This document shows positions 30,254-40,934 of a stretch of 64,000 nt of DNA, in pieces; within the stretch, counting starts at the first letter, position 1, and each line of letters opens with the position of its first letter. The stretch is from Patescibacteria group bacterium (GTDB lineage: Bacteria > Patescibacteriota > Minisyncoccia > Minisyncoccales > Staskawiczbacteraceae). Where the stretch lies: the NCBI GenBank assembly GCA_022703425.1, contig JAKLDQ010000001.1:36243-100242 (forward strand), given 5' to 3'. Under the pieces are notes generated by a model, which was given only the letters and a program-made list of their open reading frames with translations, was not told where the DNA came from and made no database searches. A program made the translations under genes and the position numbers.

Positions 30254-30330
30254 TATTTTCTCCTTTCGAAAACGAGAAGACAGAGTACAAATAGGGCGAA
30301 AGCCATTGCAATCGTTTCTGCCATGTTCAT
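30253..30330 (-). CDS. 25-aa hydrophobic leader peptide MNMAETIAMAFALFVLCLLVFERRK, overlapping the next gene by TAATG
   Basis: perfect AAGGAGGG Shine-Dalgarno 5 nt upstream of the ATG; directly downstream of the near-consensus promoter. Confidence 0.4.
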   Translation of the reverse strand: MNMAETIAMAFALFVLCLLVFERRK

Positions 30331-30388
30331 AAAAACCCTCCTTGGTCAGAGAAATCCTAAAAAGATTTTCAAAATGCTAAGTGGCTGA

Positions 30389-30417
30389 TTTATATCATCT
30401 TTAATGGTTATTGTCAA
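30389..30417 (-). promoter_or_regulatory. near-consensus sigma70 promoter TTGACA-17-TATAAA on the minus strand, driving the island operon
   Basis: reverse complement reads TTGACAATAACCATTAAAGATGATATAAA. Confidence 0.5.
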
Positions 30418-30560
30418 TGTATAAAATCTGATGCTTTTTAGTTGTTGACTTGGCAAAAAATATAGGTTATTATTACTTTAAGTTTTGCTTTACAGGAATT
30501 TGTTAAAATTCCGAAATTTTTGTAAAGCAGAGGTTTTGTTTTTCCGACACCCAAAACGGG

Positions 30561-30589
30561 TTGACGGATTACAAAAAATATAATAATAT
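30561..30589 (+). promoter_or_regulatory. candidate tuf promoter TTGACG-17-TAATAT
   Basis: read directly; ~90 nt upstream of the tuf ATG; a second candidate TTGACT-17-TATTAT lies at 30445-30473. Confidence 0.35.
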
Positions 30590-30678
30590 AAGTTCATATT
30601 AAATTCCAGATTCGAAATCGCAAATCACTCTATGTAATTTGTAGATTGTAATTTGGAATTTCGTAAATAAAAAATAAT

Positions 30679-31872
<1,194 letters not shown>

Positions 31873-31894
31873 AGCGGTTTTGTTGAAAATGTTT

Positions 31895-31935
31895 CACCTG
31901 CCAAGGTTATACAATTTTGGCAGGTGCTCATTTTT
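31895..31935 (+). terminator. hairpin followed by a T-tract between tuf and rpsJ (terminator/attenuator)
   Basis: CACCTGCCAA...TTGGCAGGTG followed by CTCATTTTT. Confidence 0.5.
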
Positions 31936-31966
31936 CGCAAGAAAAATGTATTTTATATAATTTATT

Positions 31967-32365
31967 ATGCCAGCTAAAAAGACAACTAGCAGGAAAAAAC
32001 CTACGAAAGCTTCATCTGTTAAGACTCAGGACACAGAAAAGAAGGCTGAGGGTACTCCGGAGCTGTCAAAGCTTCGGATTAAGCTTCGCGCTTATGACCA
32101 CAAAATTATCGATAATTCTGCAAAACAGATTATTGATATTGCAAACCGCTACGGAGTAGAGGTTGTGGGACCGGTTCCCTTGCCTACTGAGATTCTGAAG
32201 TACACCGTCAACAGATCGACCTTTGTGCACAAGAACGCCAGAGAGCAGTTCGAAATGAGGGTTCACAAGAGGGTTATCGATATTCTTAGCCCGAATGCTG
32301 AAATCATAGAAGCATTGAGAGATTTGAATCTCCCGTCAGGTGTTGACATTGCGATAAAAATTTAA
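31967..32365 (+). CDS. rpsJ: 30S ribosomal protein S10 with N-terminal Lys-rich extension
   Basis: IRIKLRAYDHK...LPT core. Confidence 0.9.
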   Translation: MPAKKTTSRKKPTKASSVKTQDTEKKAEGTPELSKLRIKLRAYDHKIIDNSAKQIIDIANRYGVEVVGPVPLPTEILKYTVNRSTFVHKNAREQFEMRVHKRVIDILSPNAEIIEALRDLNLPSGVDIAIKI

Positions 32366-32504
32366 TAAGATATGGTTATATTCTAACCATAAGAAATTAG
32401 AGCGATAGTTAACTTTTCCATGGATATTTTTTAAAGAAAATATTACAGGAATAACAACATTGCCGGACTGGGCAAGTTGCCCAGTTTTTATTAACAGCGA
32501 CAGT

Positions 32505-33101
32505 ATGAAATTCATATTAGGACAAAAAATTGGAATGTCTCAGTTGTTCAACAAAGAAGGCAAATTGGTGCCTGTTACTTTGGTTTCCGCAGGTCCTTGC
32601 TATATTCTCCAGAAAAAAACAAAAGAGAAAGACGGATATTCAGCCCTTCAGGTTGGTTTTGTTAGGATAGAAAAGAAAAACAAAATAAAGAAAACAATGA
32701 AGGGGAAGGAATATAAACATATTAAAGAAAACAGAATTGAATCCGGCGATGATATTAAGGTCGGTGACGAGGTTAGCGTTTCAGTATTTGAAGAGGGCGA
32801 TAAGGTGAAAGTTTCCGGAATTTCAAAAGGAAAGGGATTTCAGGGAGGCGTCAAAAGGCACGGATTTCACGGAAGAAACAAGACGCACGGAGTAAAACAC
32901 GAACAAAGAACAATCGGTTCAACCGGGAGGCGTTTTCCGCAGCACGTGCAGAAAGGAAGAAAGATGCCTGGCAGAATGGGATATGAAAGAATAAGCGTCA
33001 AGAATTTAAAAATTGAGAAAATCGATAAAGAAAACAATATTTTAATATTAAGAGGAGCAGTTCCCGGACACAGGGGCACATTGCTGGAGATAAGAGCATA
33101 A
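32505..33101 (+). CDS. rplC: 50S ribosomal protein L3
   Basis: KIGMSQLF; FQGGVKRHG. Confidence 0.9.
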   Translation: MKFILGQKIGMSQLFNKEGKLVPVTLVSAGPCYILQKKTKEKDGYSALQVGFVRIEKKNKIKKTMKGKEYKHIKENRIESGDDIKVGDEVSVSVFEEGDKVKVSGISKGKGFQGGVKRHGFHGRNKTHGVKHEQRTIGSTGRRFPQHVQKGRKMPGRMGYERISVKNLKIEKIDKENNILILRGAVPGHRGTLLEIRA

Positions 33102-33102
33102 T

Positions 33103-33732
33103 ATGAAAGCTGATGTTTACAGCCAGAAAGGCGAAAAGGTGGGAGAAATTTCTCTTCCAAAAGAAATATTTGAGGTAAAGCTCAACGCTGATTTGGTTCA
33201 CCAAGTTCTTGTTTCGCAGATGGCAAACAAGCGCCAGGTTTCTGCTCACACAAAATTCAGAGGAGAAGTTTCGGGTGGCGGGAAGAAGCCATGGAGGCAA
33301 AAGGGAACAGGAAGGGCAAGACATGGATCAATAAGATCGCCGTTGTGGAGAGGAGGAGGAGTCACATTCGGTCCGAGAACGGAAAGAGTGTTTGAACGCG
33401 AAATCCCAAAGAAAATGAGAAGAAAAGCCTTGCTTATGGTTCTTTCCGAAAAAGCAAGGAATAAAGTTTTGATTGTAATGGACGAATTAAAAATGGAATC
33501 ACCCAAGACGAAAGAAATTGCAAAGGCATTAAAAAAACTTCCGGCAAACGGAAAAAGCCTGCTCATTGCTCTTCCGCAGTATGATAAGAATGCTTTTTTG
33601 TCTGCAAGAAACATTAAGAAAACAGCTGTCGAGGACGCAAGAAATTTAAATGTTGCAGATTTGTTACAGTATAAATATTTATTAATGACAAAGGACGGAA
33701 TAAAGACAATTGAGAAAACTTTTAAGGTTTAA
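33103..33732 (+). CDS. rplD: 50S ribosomal protein L4
   Basis: PWRQKGTGRAR. Confidence 0.9.
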   Translation: MKADVYSQKGEKVGEISLPKEIFEVKLNADLVHQVLVSQMANKRQVSAHTKFRGEVSGGGKKPWRQKGTGRARHGSIRSPLWRGGGVTFGPRTERVFEREIPKKMRRKALLMVLSEKARNKVLIVMDELKMESPKTKEIAKALKKLPANGKSLLIALPQYDKNAFLSARNIKKTAVEDARNLNVADLLQYKYLLMTKDGIKTIEKTFKV

Positions 33733-33736
33733 AGAC

Positions 33737-34207
33737 ATGGCAGCACTATTTGATTTTTTAAAAAAGAAGGATGCAACTGAAAAAGCAAGGGAAGGGAAAA
33801 AAACTCCGGCAAAAAGAAAACAGCCGAAAACCGAAAAAGCGGTAAAAAGGGATGAGAAAAAGGAACCAGCAGTACAGGAGCCGAAAAAAGAGGTTGCAAA
33901 AATGACAAGCGTGAAGCAGAAAAAAACCTACGGTTTTTCTTATGATATTGTTAAAGAGCCCCATATTTCGGAAAAGGGATCCATTTTATCAGAAAAAAAC
34001 CAGTATATTTTTAGGACAATAGACGGAGCGAATAAAACAGAGATAAAAAAGGCAATTGAAGGAATTTACGGAGTGGATGTTTTGTCGGTAAATATTGTTA
34101 AAATTCCGGCAAAAAAAAGGAGACTCGGAAGGACGCAGGGATACAGAAAGGGATATACAAAAGCTTTTATTAAAATAAAGGAAGGACAAAAAATAGAGAT
34201 AATATAA
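33737..34207 (+). CDS. rplW: 50S ribosomal protein L23 with Lys-rich N-terminal extension
   Basis: IVKEPHISEK...TIDGANKTEIK. Confidence 0.85.
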   Translation: MAALFDFLKKKDATEKAREGKKTPAKRKQPKTEKAVKRDEKKEPAVQEPKKEVAKMTSVKQKKTYGFSYDIVKEPHISEKGSILSEKNQYIFRTIDGANKTEIKKAIEGIYGVDVLSVNIVKIPAKKRRLGRTQGYRKGYTKAFIKIKEGQKIEII

Positions 34208-34255
34208 TGCAATCCTTCGCTCAAGATCTGAGCTCAGGATAATTCGTTCACAATC

Positions 34256-35083
34256 ATGAAGTCATATAAACCAACAACTCCATCCAGAAGAGGAATGACA
34301 GGAATTGATTTCTCCCAGCTTACAAAAAAGAAAGCAGAGAAAAGTCTTTTGAAATACGTCAGAAGGAGCGTTGGAAGGTCAAAATCTTCGGGCAGAATAA
34401 CAACAAGGCACAAGGGAGGAGGAGTTAAAAAACTATACAGAATTGTTGAATTTTCCCAGACAAGACTAAATAGCCCGGCAAAAGTGATAGCATTGGAATA
34501 CGATCCAAACAGGACTGCTTTTATTGCATTGATTGAATATGCAGACAAAACAAAGCAGTACATAATTGCTCCGCAGGAACTGAAAGTTGGAAACGAAATT
34601 ATTTTTGCAGAAAAGGCCGCTTTAAATCCCGGAAACAGAATGCATGCAAAACATATTCCTGTTGGAATTTCGGTTTATAATGTTGAATTAGAATCAGGTA
34701 AGGGGGGTAAAGTTGTGCGGTCAGCGGGATCATCGGCTCAGATATTGGCGCAGGAGGAAAACTATACGACAATAAAAATGCCATCGACAGAAGTAAGAAA
34801 AATTAAAAATGATTGCTTCGTTTCAGTTGGAATGGTTTCCAATCCGGAAAACAGGTTTTACAGAGTAGGAAAGGCGGGAAAATCCAGATTGAAGGGAAGA
34901 AGGCCTCACGTCAGGGGATCTGCAATGAATCCGGTAGACCATCCGCATGGAGGAGGAGAAGGAAGACAGCCGATTGGATTAAAGCATCCGAAAACACCCT
35001 GGGGAAAACCTGCTTTGGGCGTAAAAACAAGAAATAAGAAAAAGTGGACAAATAAATTCATTATTCAAAGAAGAAAGAAGTAA
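34256..35083 (+). CDS. rplB: 50S ribosomal protein L2
   Basis: [23 protein letters not shown]. Confidence 0.95.
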   Translation: MKSYKPTTPSRRGMTGIDFSQLTKKKAEKSLLKYVRRSVGRSKSSGRITTRHKGGGVKKLYRIVEFSQTRLNSPAKVIALEYDPNRTAFIALIEYADKTKQYIIAPQELKVGNEIIFAEKAALNPGNRMHAKHIPVGISVYNVELESGKGGKVVRSAGSSAQILAQEENYTTIKMPSTEVRKIKNDCFVSVGMVSNPENRFYRVGKAGKSRLKGRRPHVRGSAMNPVDHPHGGGEGRQPIGLKHPKTPWGKPALGVKTRNKKKWTNKFIIQRRKK

Positions 35084-35084
35084 T

Positions 35085-35414
35085 ATGGCAAGAAGTCTTA
35101 AAAAAGGACCATATATAGACCAGAATTTGCTCGAAAAGGTTTTGAAATTGAGAAAAGACGAAAAAATTATCATCAAAACCTGGGCAAGAGCTTCTACAAT
35201 TTCGCCTGAAATGGTCGGGTATACATTTGGAGTGCATAATGGGAAAGAATTCGTGCCCGTTTACGTTTCAGAAGATATGGTTGGCCATAAACTTGGAGAG
35301 TTTGCGCCTTCAACAAAGTTTGGAAGGCATGGAGGAAAAATGCAGAGGGAAATCGAAGCTGGAGCAGAACAAAAAGCGGCAGCAAAAGTAGAAACGCCGG
35401 CAGCAAAGAAATAG
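35085..35414 (+). CDS. rpsS: 30S ribosomal protein S19
   Basis: [12 protein letters not shown]...[10 protein letters not shown]. Confidence 0.95.
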   Translation: MARSLKKGPYIDQNLLEKVLKLRKDEKIIIKTWARASTISPEMVGYTFGVHNGKEFVPVYVSEDMVGHKLGEFAPSTKFGRHGGKMQREIEAGAEQKAAAKVETPAAKK

Positions 35415-35431
35415 AATTTCAATAAACAAAC

Positions 35432-35914
35432 ATGGAAGTCAAAGCATCATTAAATTATTTAAGAATAGCCCCAAGAAAAGTCAGACAGGTTGCAGATTTG
35501 GTCCGGGGAAAAAAAACGGAAGAAGCAAGGACTATTCTCGAGTTTGCAATAAAAAGAGGAGCCAATCCTGTTTTGAAGCTTTTGAATTCTGCGGTCGCAT
35601 CCGCTAAACATGATTTTCATTTGCAGGAATCGAACTTGTTTGTTTCGCAGATTATGGTTAACGAAGGGCCGACATTGAAGAGATGGCACCCGATGTCGCG
35701 CGGAAGAGCTTACCCCATAATGAAGAGAAGCTCGCACATTATACTTATATTAAAAGATAATTCAGTTGTTGAAGAAAAAAAGGTTGAAGCGGCAAAGATC
35801 GAGGATAAACCGAAAACCGAGAAAAAAATAAAGAAAACAGTCAAATCGGCAAAAATAGAAACAAAGAAAACTGAAAAACCAAAGAGAACAAGAAAAACAG
35901 CAGTAAAAAAATAA
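35432..35914 (+). CDS. rplV: 50S ribosomal protein L22 with Lys-rich C-terminal tail
   Basis: RIAPRKVRQVADLVRGK. Confidence 0.9.
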   Translation: MEVKASLNYLRIAPRKVRQVADLVRGKKTEEARTILEFAIKRGANPVLKLLNSAVASAKHDFHLQESNLFVSQIMVNEGPTLKRWHPMSRGRAYPIMKRSSHIILILKDNSVVEEKKVEAAKIEDKPKTEKKIKKTVKSAKIETKKTEKPKRTRKTAVKK

Positions 35915-35917
35915 ATT

Positions 35918-36565
35918 ATGGCACACAAAGTCCATCCAAAATCATTTAGAATAAGGGGAACAGAAGACTGGAACATCAGAGGCTTTTATGGCAAAAAAAT
36001 GCCCCAGTTTTTGATGGAAGATTTTTTGATTAAGGACTTTCTGATGAAAAAATTGGCTGAGGCTTCAGTGTCCAATATTGAAATTGAGCATTCGGCAAAT
36101 AAATTAAATATAATTATTTCCACAGCAAGGCCCGGTTTGATTATTGGCAGAGGCGGAGGCGGGGTAGATACGCTCAAAAAAGCAATTGAAAAGAAAATAG
36201 GAAAAAAAGAAGGTAAAAGAGAAATAAAAATTGAAATCAGAGAAATTAAGAATCCCTGGGGATCTGCTTCATTGGTCGCTCAATTTGCAGCCCAGCAGAT
36301 CGAAAAGCGTATTCCGTTTAGGCAGGTTTTGAAAGGTTCAATTGAAAAAGTAATGCAAAACAGGGACGTCAAAGGAGTCAGGGTTGAAGCATCCGGAAGG
36401 TTAAACGGAATTGAAATTGCCAGAAAAGAATGGCTCAGACAGGGAAAACTTCCCAGAAACACAATCAGAGCAGACATAGATTATGCGCAGGCGGAAGCTC
36501 ACTGCACTTATGGAAAAATCGGAATAAAAGTCTGGATTTACAAAGGAGATAAATTCGATAAATAA
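35918..36565 (+). CDS. rpsC: 30S ribosomal protein S3
   Basis: KH domain; GIKVWIYKG. Confidence 0.95.
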   Translation: MAHKVHPKSFRIRGTEDWNIRGFYGKKMPQFLMEDFLIKDFLMKKLAEASVSNIEIEHSANKLNIIISTARPGLIIGRGGGGVDTLKKAIEKKIGKKEGKREIKIEIREIKNPWGSASLVAQFAAQQIEKRIPFRQVLKGSIEKVMQNRDVKGVRVEASGRLNGIEIARKEWLRQGKLPRNTIRADIDYAQAEAHCTYGKIGIKVWIYKGDKFDK

Positions 36566-36582
36566 ATTAGAAGAACAAAGAT

Positions 36583-36999
36583 ATGGCAATAATGATGCCC
36601 AAAAAAGTAAAGCACAGAAAGTGGCACAAGGGAGTGACCAGAGGAGTTGAAACACGCGCGACCGAGGTTGCTTTTGGCAGCTATGGATTAAAATCCCTTG
36701 GAACAAAATGGATTACCGCCAGACAGCTTGAATCTGCAAGAAGGCACATTATCAGATACTTAAAAAAGGGAGGAAAGCTTTGGGTCAGGGTATTTCCGGA
36801 CAAGCCGGTAACATTTAAGGGCGCGGAGGTGGCCTTGGGAGGAGGAAAAGGAGCTGTTGACCACTATGTTTATCCGATAAAACCCGGCAGAATTATTTTC
36901 GAGCTTGACGGATTAAAAGAAGAGGTTGCCAGAGAAGCGTTTAAAGGTGCAGGCAATAAGTTGCCAATTAAGACAAAATTTGTTAAAAAGGAGAATTAA
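36583..36999 (+). CDS. rplP: 50S ribosomal protein L16
   Basis: MPKKVKHRKWHKG. Confidence 0.95.
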   Translation: MAIMMPKKVKHRKWHKGVTRGVETRATEVAFGSYGLKSLGTKWITARQLESARRHIIRYLKKGGKLWVRVFPDKPVTFKGAEVALGGGKGAVDHYVYPIKPGRIIFELDGLKEEVAREAFKGAGNKLPIKTKFVKKEN

Positions 37000-37007
37000 T
37001 TGCGAAT

Positions 37008-37193
37008 ATGAAAACAGCCGAATTAAGAAAAAGAGACAGGAAAGAGCTTGAAAAGCAGGTTTATGATCTGAAGAAAAAACTGAATGATATCAGGTTTAAG
37101 TTTTCGTCGAATAAATTAAAGAATGTAAAGGAAGTGAAGGATACGAAGAAAGATGTTGCGAGGATATTAACCATTCTTAAAGAGCAAAAGTAA
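37008..37193 (+). CDS. rpmC: 50S ribosomal protein L29
   Basis: ELRKRDRKELEKQVYDLKKKL. Confidence 0.85.
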   Translation: MKTAELRKRDRKELEKQVYDLKKKLNDIRFKFSSNKLKNVKEVKDTKKDVARILTILKEQK

Positions 37194-37194
37194 T

Positions 37195-37440
37195 ATGCCA
37201 AAAAGAAAATTATCAGGTGTAGTTGTTTCAAACAAGATGCAAAAGACAATCGTTGTTGAAGTTGAAACAATGAAAGAACACCCAAAATACAAAAGAAGAT
37301 ATAAGGTCCACAACAGATACAAAGCTCATGATGAAAAAGGAGAATATTTAATGGGCGACAGGGTTGTGATAGAAGAAACAACGCCAATTTCAAAAGACAA
37401 AAAATGGAAAGTTATACAAAAGATTAATCCGACCAAATAG
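37195..37440 (+). CDS. rpsQ: 30S ribosomal protein S17
   Basis: GVVVSNKMQKTIVVEV. Confidence 0.9.
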   Translation: MPKRKLSGVVVSNKMQKTIVVEVETMKEHPKYKRRYKVHNRYKAHDEKGEYLMGDRVVIEETTPISKDKKWKVIQKINPTK

Positions 37441-37447
37441 CAAAGGT

Positions 37448-37816
37448 ATGATTCAATTAAGGTCAATGCTAAAAGTTGCCGATAACTCAGGTGCAAAAAT
37501 AGTGCAATGCATTAATGTACCCGGGGGAACAAGAAAGCGTTATGCTCAGCTGGGAGACATTATTGTTGGCGTGGTTAAAAAAGCAGAACCGAGAAAAATT
37601 GTAAAAAAGCACGAAAAAGTCAAAGCAGTAATTATCAGGCAAAAAAAAGAGTTTAAGAGAGCTGATGGATCTTATATCAGATTTGACGATAACGCGGTTG
37701 TTGTTTTAGGCGACGGAAAAATGCCGAAGGGGGGAAGAGTATTCGGTCCCACAGCAAAAGAATTAAGAGAAAAAGGTTTTGAAAAAATAGCGATGATGGC
37801 ATCTGAATTGCTTTAA
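37448..37816 (+). CDS. rplN: 50S ribosomal protein L14
   Basis: MIQLRSMLKVADNSGAK. Confidence 0.95.
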   Translation: MIQLRSMLKVADNSGAKIVQCINVPGGTRKRYAQLGDIIVGVVKKAEPRKIVKKHEKVKAVIIRQKKEFKRADGSYIRFDDNAVVVLGDGKMPKGGRVFGPTAKELREKGFEKIAMMASELL

Positions 37817-37820
37817 AAAC

Positions 37821-38126
37821 ATGAAAGTTAAAAAAGGAGACAATATTTTAGTAATTACCGGGAAAGACAAGGGTAAGACGGGAAAGGTTTTAAGGGCTCT
37901 TCCAAAGGAGAGAAAGGTTTTGATTGAGGGAGTAAATATGAAGGTCCATAATATCAGGCCGAAAAAACAAGGTGAAAAAGGGCAGATAGTGAAAGTTCCG
38001 GCCCCGATTTTTACATCGAATGTCAAGGTCATCTGTTCAAAGTGCGGAAAGGCAGTGAGGGTCGGATATAAGATAGAGGGAGACAAAAAGGACAGAATCT
38101 GCAAAAAATGCGGGCAAAGCACATAA
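37821..38126 (+). CDS. rplX: 50S ribosomal protein L24 with C-terminal zinc-ribbon extension
   Basis: KOW motif VKKGDNILVITGKDKGKTGKV; CSKCGK...CKKCG. Confidence 0.9.
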   Translation: MKVKKGDNILVITGKDKGKTGKVLRALPKERKVLIEGVNMKVHNIRPKKQGEKGQIVKVPAPIFTSNVKVICSKCGKAVRVGYKIEGDKKDRICKKCGQST

Positions 38127-38158
38127 CTCGCAGGCAAACGGAAATTATTTGAGAAAAC

Positions 38159-38728
38159 ATGAAAAGCTTAAAAGAAAAATTTCAAAAAGAGGTAATACCG
38201 CAAATGATGAAGGAAATGGGATTTAAAAATCCTATGGCTGTTCCGAGGATAAAGAAAGTTGTTTTAAATACCTCATTCGGAAGGGAAGTTGTGGTCAAAA
38301 CCTCAGGAGAGAGGGAAAAATTATATAAACTGGTTACTCAGGACTTGGGTTTGATTGCCGGACAAGCGCCGGTTTTGACAAAGGCAAAAAAATCAATCGC
38401 CGGTTTTAAGCTGAGGGAGGGCCTTCAGATTGGAGCCAAAGTCACATTAAGAAAAGACAGGATGTGGGATTTTCTGGAAAGATTGATTTATTTGTCATTG
38501 CCAAGATCGAGGGATTTTAAGGGAATTGATCCCAAAAATATTGATAAAAACGGAAATCTGACAATTGGATTTAAAGAACACATTTCGTTCCCTGAAATAT
38601 TTACCGAAAAAGAAAAAACAATTATCGGACTGCAAATTACAGTATCGACAAACGCGAGGAGCAAAAAGGAAGGACTGGCATTATATAAATTTTTAGGATT
38701 TCCGATGAAAGAGGAAAAAAATAAATAG
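38159..38728 (+). CDS. rplE: 50S ribosomal protein L5
   Basis: L5 core; position in the spc operon. Confidence 0.9.
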   Translation: MKSLKEKFQKEVIPQMMKEMGFKNPMAVPRIKKVVLNTSFGREVVVKTSGEREKLYKLVTQDLGLIAGQAPVLTKAKKSIAGFKLREGLQIGAKVTLRKDRMWDFLERLIYLSLPRSRDFKGIDPKNIDKNGNLTIGFKEHISFPEIFTEKEKTIIGLQITVSTNARSKKEGLALYKFLGFPMKEEKNK

Positions 38729-38779
38729 TAATCCTTCGCCTTGTCGGCTCAGGATGAATTATTACTTCGTTCATAATTC

Positions 38780-38965
38780 ATGGCAAAAACATCACAAATT
38801 GCAAAATCAAATAAAAAGCCAAAGTTTTCATCCAGAAAGGTGAACAGATGTTTTAAGTGCGGAAGAAGGCACGGTTATATGAGAAAGTTCGGCCTTTGCA
38901 GAATCTGTTTTAGAGAACTTGCTAATAAAGGAGAAATTCCGGGAGTTAAAAAATCAAGCTGGTAA
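38780..38965 (+). CDS. rpsN: 30S ribosomal protein S14 type Z (zinc-binding)
   Basis: [20 protein letters not shown]. Confidence 0.95.
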   Translation: MAKTSQIAKSNKKPKFSSRKVNRCFKCGRRHGYMRKFGLCRICFRELANKGEIPGVKKSSW

Positions 38966-38969
38966 AAAT

Positions 38970-39359
38970 ATGACAGACCCAATAACAGACATGTTAAACC
39001 AAATAAGGAATGCCGAAGCCGTGCAGAAGGCCGAAGTGGTTTTGCCTTATTCAAGGTTAAAATTTGAAGTTGCAAAAATACTGATGCAGGAAAATTTTAT
39101 TTCTGACGTCAAAAAAGTTGCCAAGGGCAAAGCAAAAACAATGAAAATTGTTTTAAAATATGAAAATGGAGTGCCAGGAATCGCGGGATTGAAAAAGATT
39201 TCAAAGCCCGGCCAACGAATTTATCAAAAACATTCAGAATTGAAATACGTAAAGGGCGGATATGGCATTGCAGTTATTTCAACACCCAAGGGATTAATGA
39301 CAAACAAAGATGCAAAAAAAGCAAAATTGGGAGGGGAGGTGCTGTGCGAAATCTGGTAG
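38970..39359 (+). CDS. rpsH: 30S ribosomal protein S8 (start trimmed to MTDPITDML)
   Basis: DPITDMLNQIRNA; GGEVLCEIW. Confidence 0.9.
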   Translation: MTDPITDMLNQIRNAEAVQKAEVVLPYSRLKFEVAKILMQENFISDVKKVAKGKAKTMKIVLKYENGVPGIAGLKKISKPGQRIYQKHSELKYVKGGYGIAVISTPKGLMTNKDAKKAKLGGEVLCEIW

Positions 39360-39407
39360 GAAGGCACTCGCCTGTGAAGCTATATAATATCATAATACAA
39401 CAATATC

Positions 39408-39959
39408 ATGTCACGAATAGGAAAAAGACCAATTGAAATTCCGGTAGGGATAACATTAGAAATCAAGGATGAAAATTTAAAGGTTACAGGTCCGAAAGGA
39501 ACCCTCGATTTGAAGTTGAACAGAGAAATCAATGTTGAGCAAAAGGACAATCAGGTTTTGGTTTCAATAAGGCAAGAAACTGCCACCGGAAAAGCAAGCG
39601 CTTTGTGGGGGTTATACAGGGTTCTTATTTCTAACATGATAGAGGGAGTTTCAAAGGGTTTTGAAAAAAAACTTGAAATTGAAGGAGTAGGATTTAAGGC
39701 CGCGGTTCAGGGAGATGAATTGGTTTTAAATCTTGGATTTGTAAATCCGGTAAAGGTTAAAAAACCGGCAGGCATTAATTTTCTTGTTGAAAAGAACGTT
39801 ATTACCGTTTCCGGAGCGGACAAACAGGCTGTCGGGGAAATAGCAGCCATTATAAGAAAACAGAAGAAAGCAGAACCCTACAAAGGCAAAGGAATTAAAT
39901 ATCAGGGCGAAAAAATAAGAAGAAAGGAGGGTAAGAAAGTTGTATCATCTAAAAAGTAA
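39408..39959 (+). CDS. rplF: 50S ribosomal protein L6
   Basis: MSRIGKRPIEIP. Confidence 0.95.
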   Translation: MSRIGKRPIEIPVGITLEIKDENLKVTGPKGTLDLKLNREINVEQKDNQVLVSIRQETATGKASALWGLYRVLISNMIEGVSKGFEKKLEIEGVGFKAAVQGDELVLNLGFVNPVKVKKPAGINFLVEKNVITVSGADKQAVGEIAAIIRKQKKAEPYKGKGIKYQGEKIRRKEGKKVVSSKK

Positions 39960-39962
39960 AAC

Positions 39963-40310
39963 ATGTTAACCAAAAAGGAAAAACGCGTAAAACGCCATAT
40001 AAGAGTCAGAGCAAAGATAAGTGGAACAAAAATCCGCCCGAGGCTTTGTGTTGCAAGGTCTGCAAATCACATCTATGCCCAGCTTATTAATGATGAAAAT
40101 GCAAAAGTGATAGCATCGGCTTCCGATAAAGAGCTTAAAAATGCAAAAGGAGACAAAAAAGCGCTGGCAAGAGAGGTTGGGAAGCTGATTGCAAAAAAGG
40201 GATTAGAAAATAAAATCGAAAAAGTTGTTTTTGACAGAGGAGGAATCGTTTTTCACGGCAGAGTAAAAGCTCTTGCCGAAGGCGCCAGGGAAGGCGGGCT
40301 AAAATTCTAA
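39963..40310 (+). CDS. rplR: 50S ribosomal protein L18
   Basis: [16 protein letters not shown]. Confidence 0.9.
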   Translation: MLTKKEKRVKRHIRVRAKISGTKIRPRLCVARSANHIYAQLINDENAKVIASASDKELKNAKGDKKALAREVGKLIAKKGLENKIEKVVFDRGGIVFHGRVKALAEGAREGGLKF

Positions 40311-40321
40311 TATAAAAAGCT

Positions 40322-40933
40322 ATGGAAGAAAAAATAGAACAGAAAAATTCTAACCAGCAGACCGGAGTTCCGGCAAAAGACGGCTTTAAGCCGTATGGAA
40401 CCGGCCCGATGCAAAAATCACATGGGCGCGGATTTGGCGGAGGAAGAGGAGGAAATCGCGGTCCACGGAGAGACCAGGTAAGGGATGAATTCGATTCCAA
40501 GCTTTTGGATTTGGCCAGGGTTACAAGGGTTACCGGCGGCGGAAAGAGATTGAGGTTTAGAGCTGTAGTTGTGGCGGGAGACAAAAAAGGAAAAGTGGGA
40601 ATCGGAATTGATAAAGGCAAAGATGTTTCACAGGCAATAGAAAAAGCAACAAGAAGAGCAAAGAAAAACCTTATTAGCGTTGCTGTAATGGATGGAACAA
40701 TTCCTCACGAGGTGGAGGCAAAAATCGGTCCGGCAAGGATTTTGCTCAGACCGCAAAAAAAAGGAAGAGGACTTGTTGCCGGAGGAGCAGTCAGAATTAT
40801 TTGCGATCTCGCGGGGATAAAAAATGTTTCTTCCAAGATTTTGTCTGGTTCAAAAAACAAGTTGAATAACGCAAGAGCAACAATGGAAGCGTTAAGAAAA
40901 TTAAAAGCTGAGCAATCAAAGCAGGCAAAATAA
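40322..40933 (+). CDS. rpsE: 30S ribosomal protein S5 with Gly/Arg-rich N-terminal extension
   Basis: LRFRAVVVAGDKKGKVGIGIDKGKDVSQAIEKA. Confidence 0.9.
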   Translation: MEEKIEQKNSNQQTGVPAKDGFKPYGTGPMQKSHGRGFGGGRGGNRGPRRDQVRDEFDSKLLDLARVTRVTGGGKRLRFRAVVVAGDKKGKVGIGIDKGKDVSQAIEKATRRAKKNLISVAVMDGTIPHEVEAKIGPARILLRPQKKGRGLVAGGAVRIICDLAGIKNVSSKILSGSKNKLNNARATMEALRKLKAEQSKQAK

Positions 40934-40934
40934 T

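Noticed and set aside
30173-30388. Plus-strand 71-aa ORF upstream of tuf
   Set aside because: It overlaps the minus-strand leader-peptide gene and its SD/promoter, has no RBS, and has low-complexity sequence.
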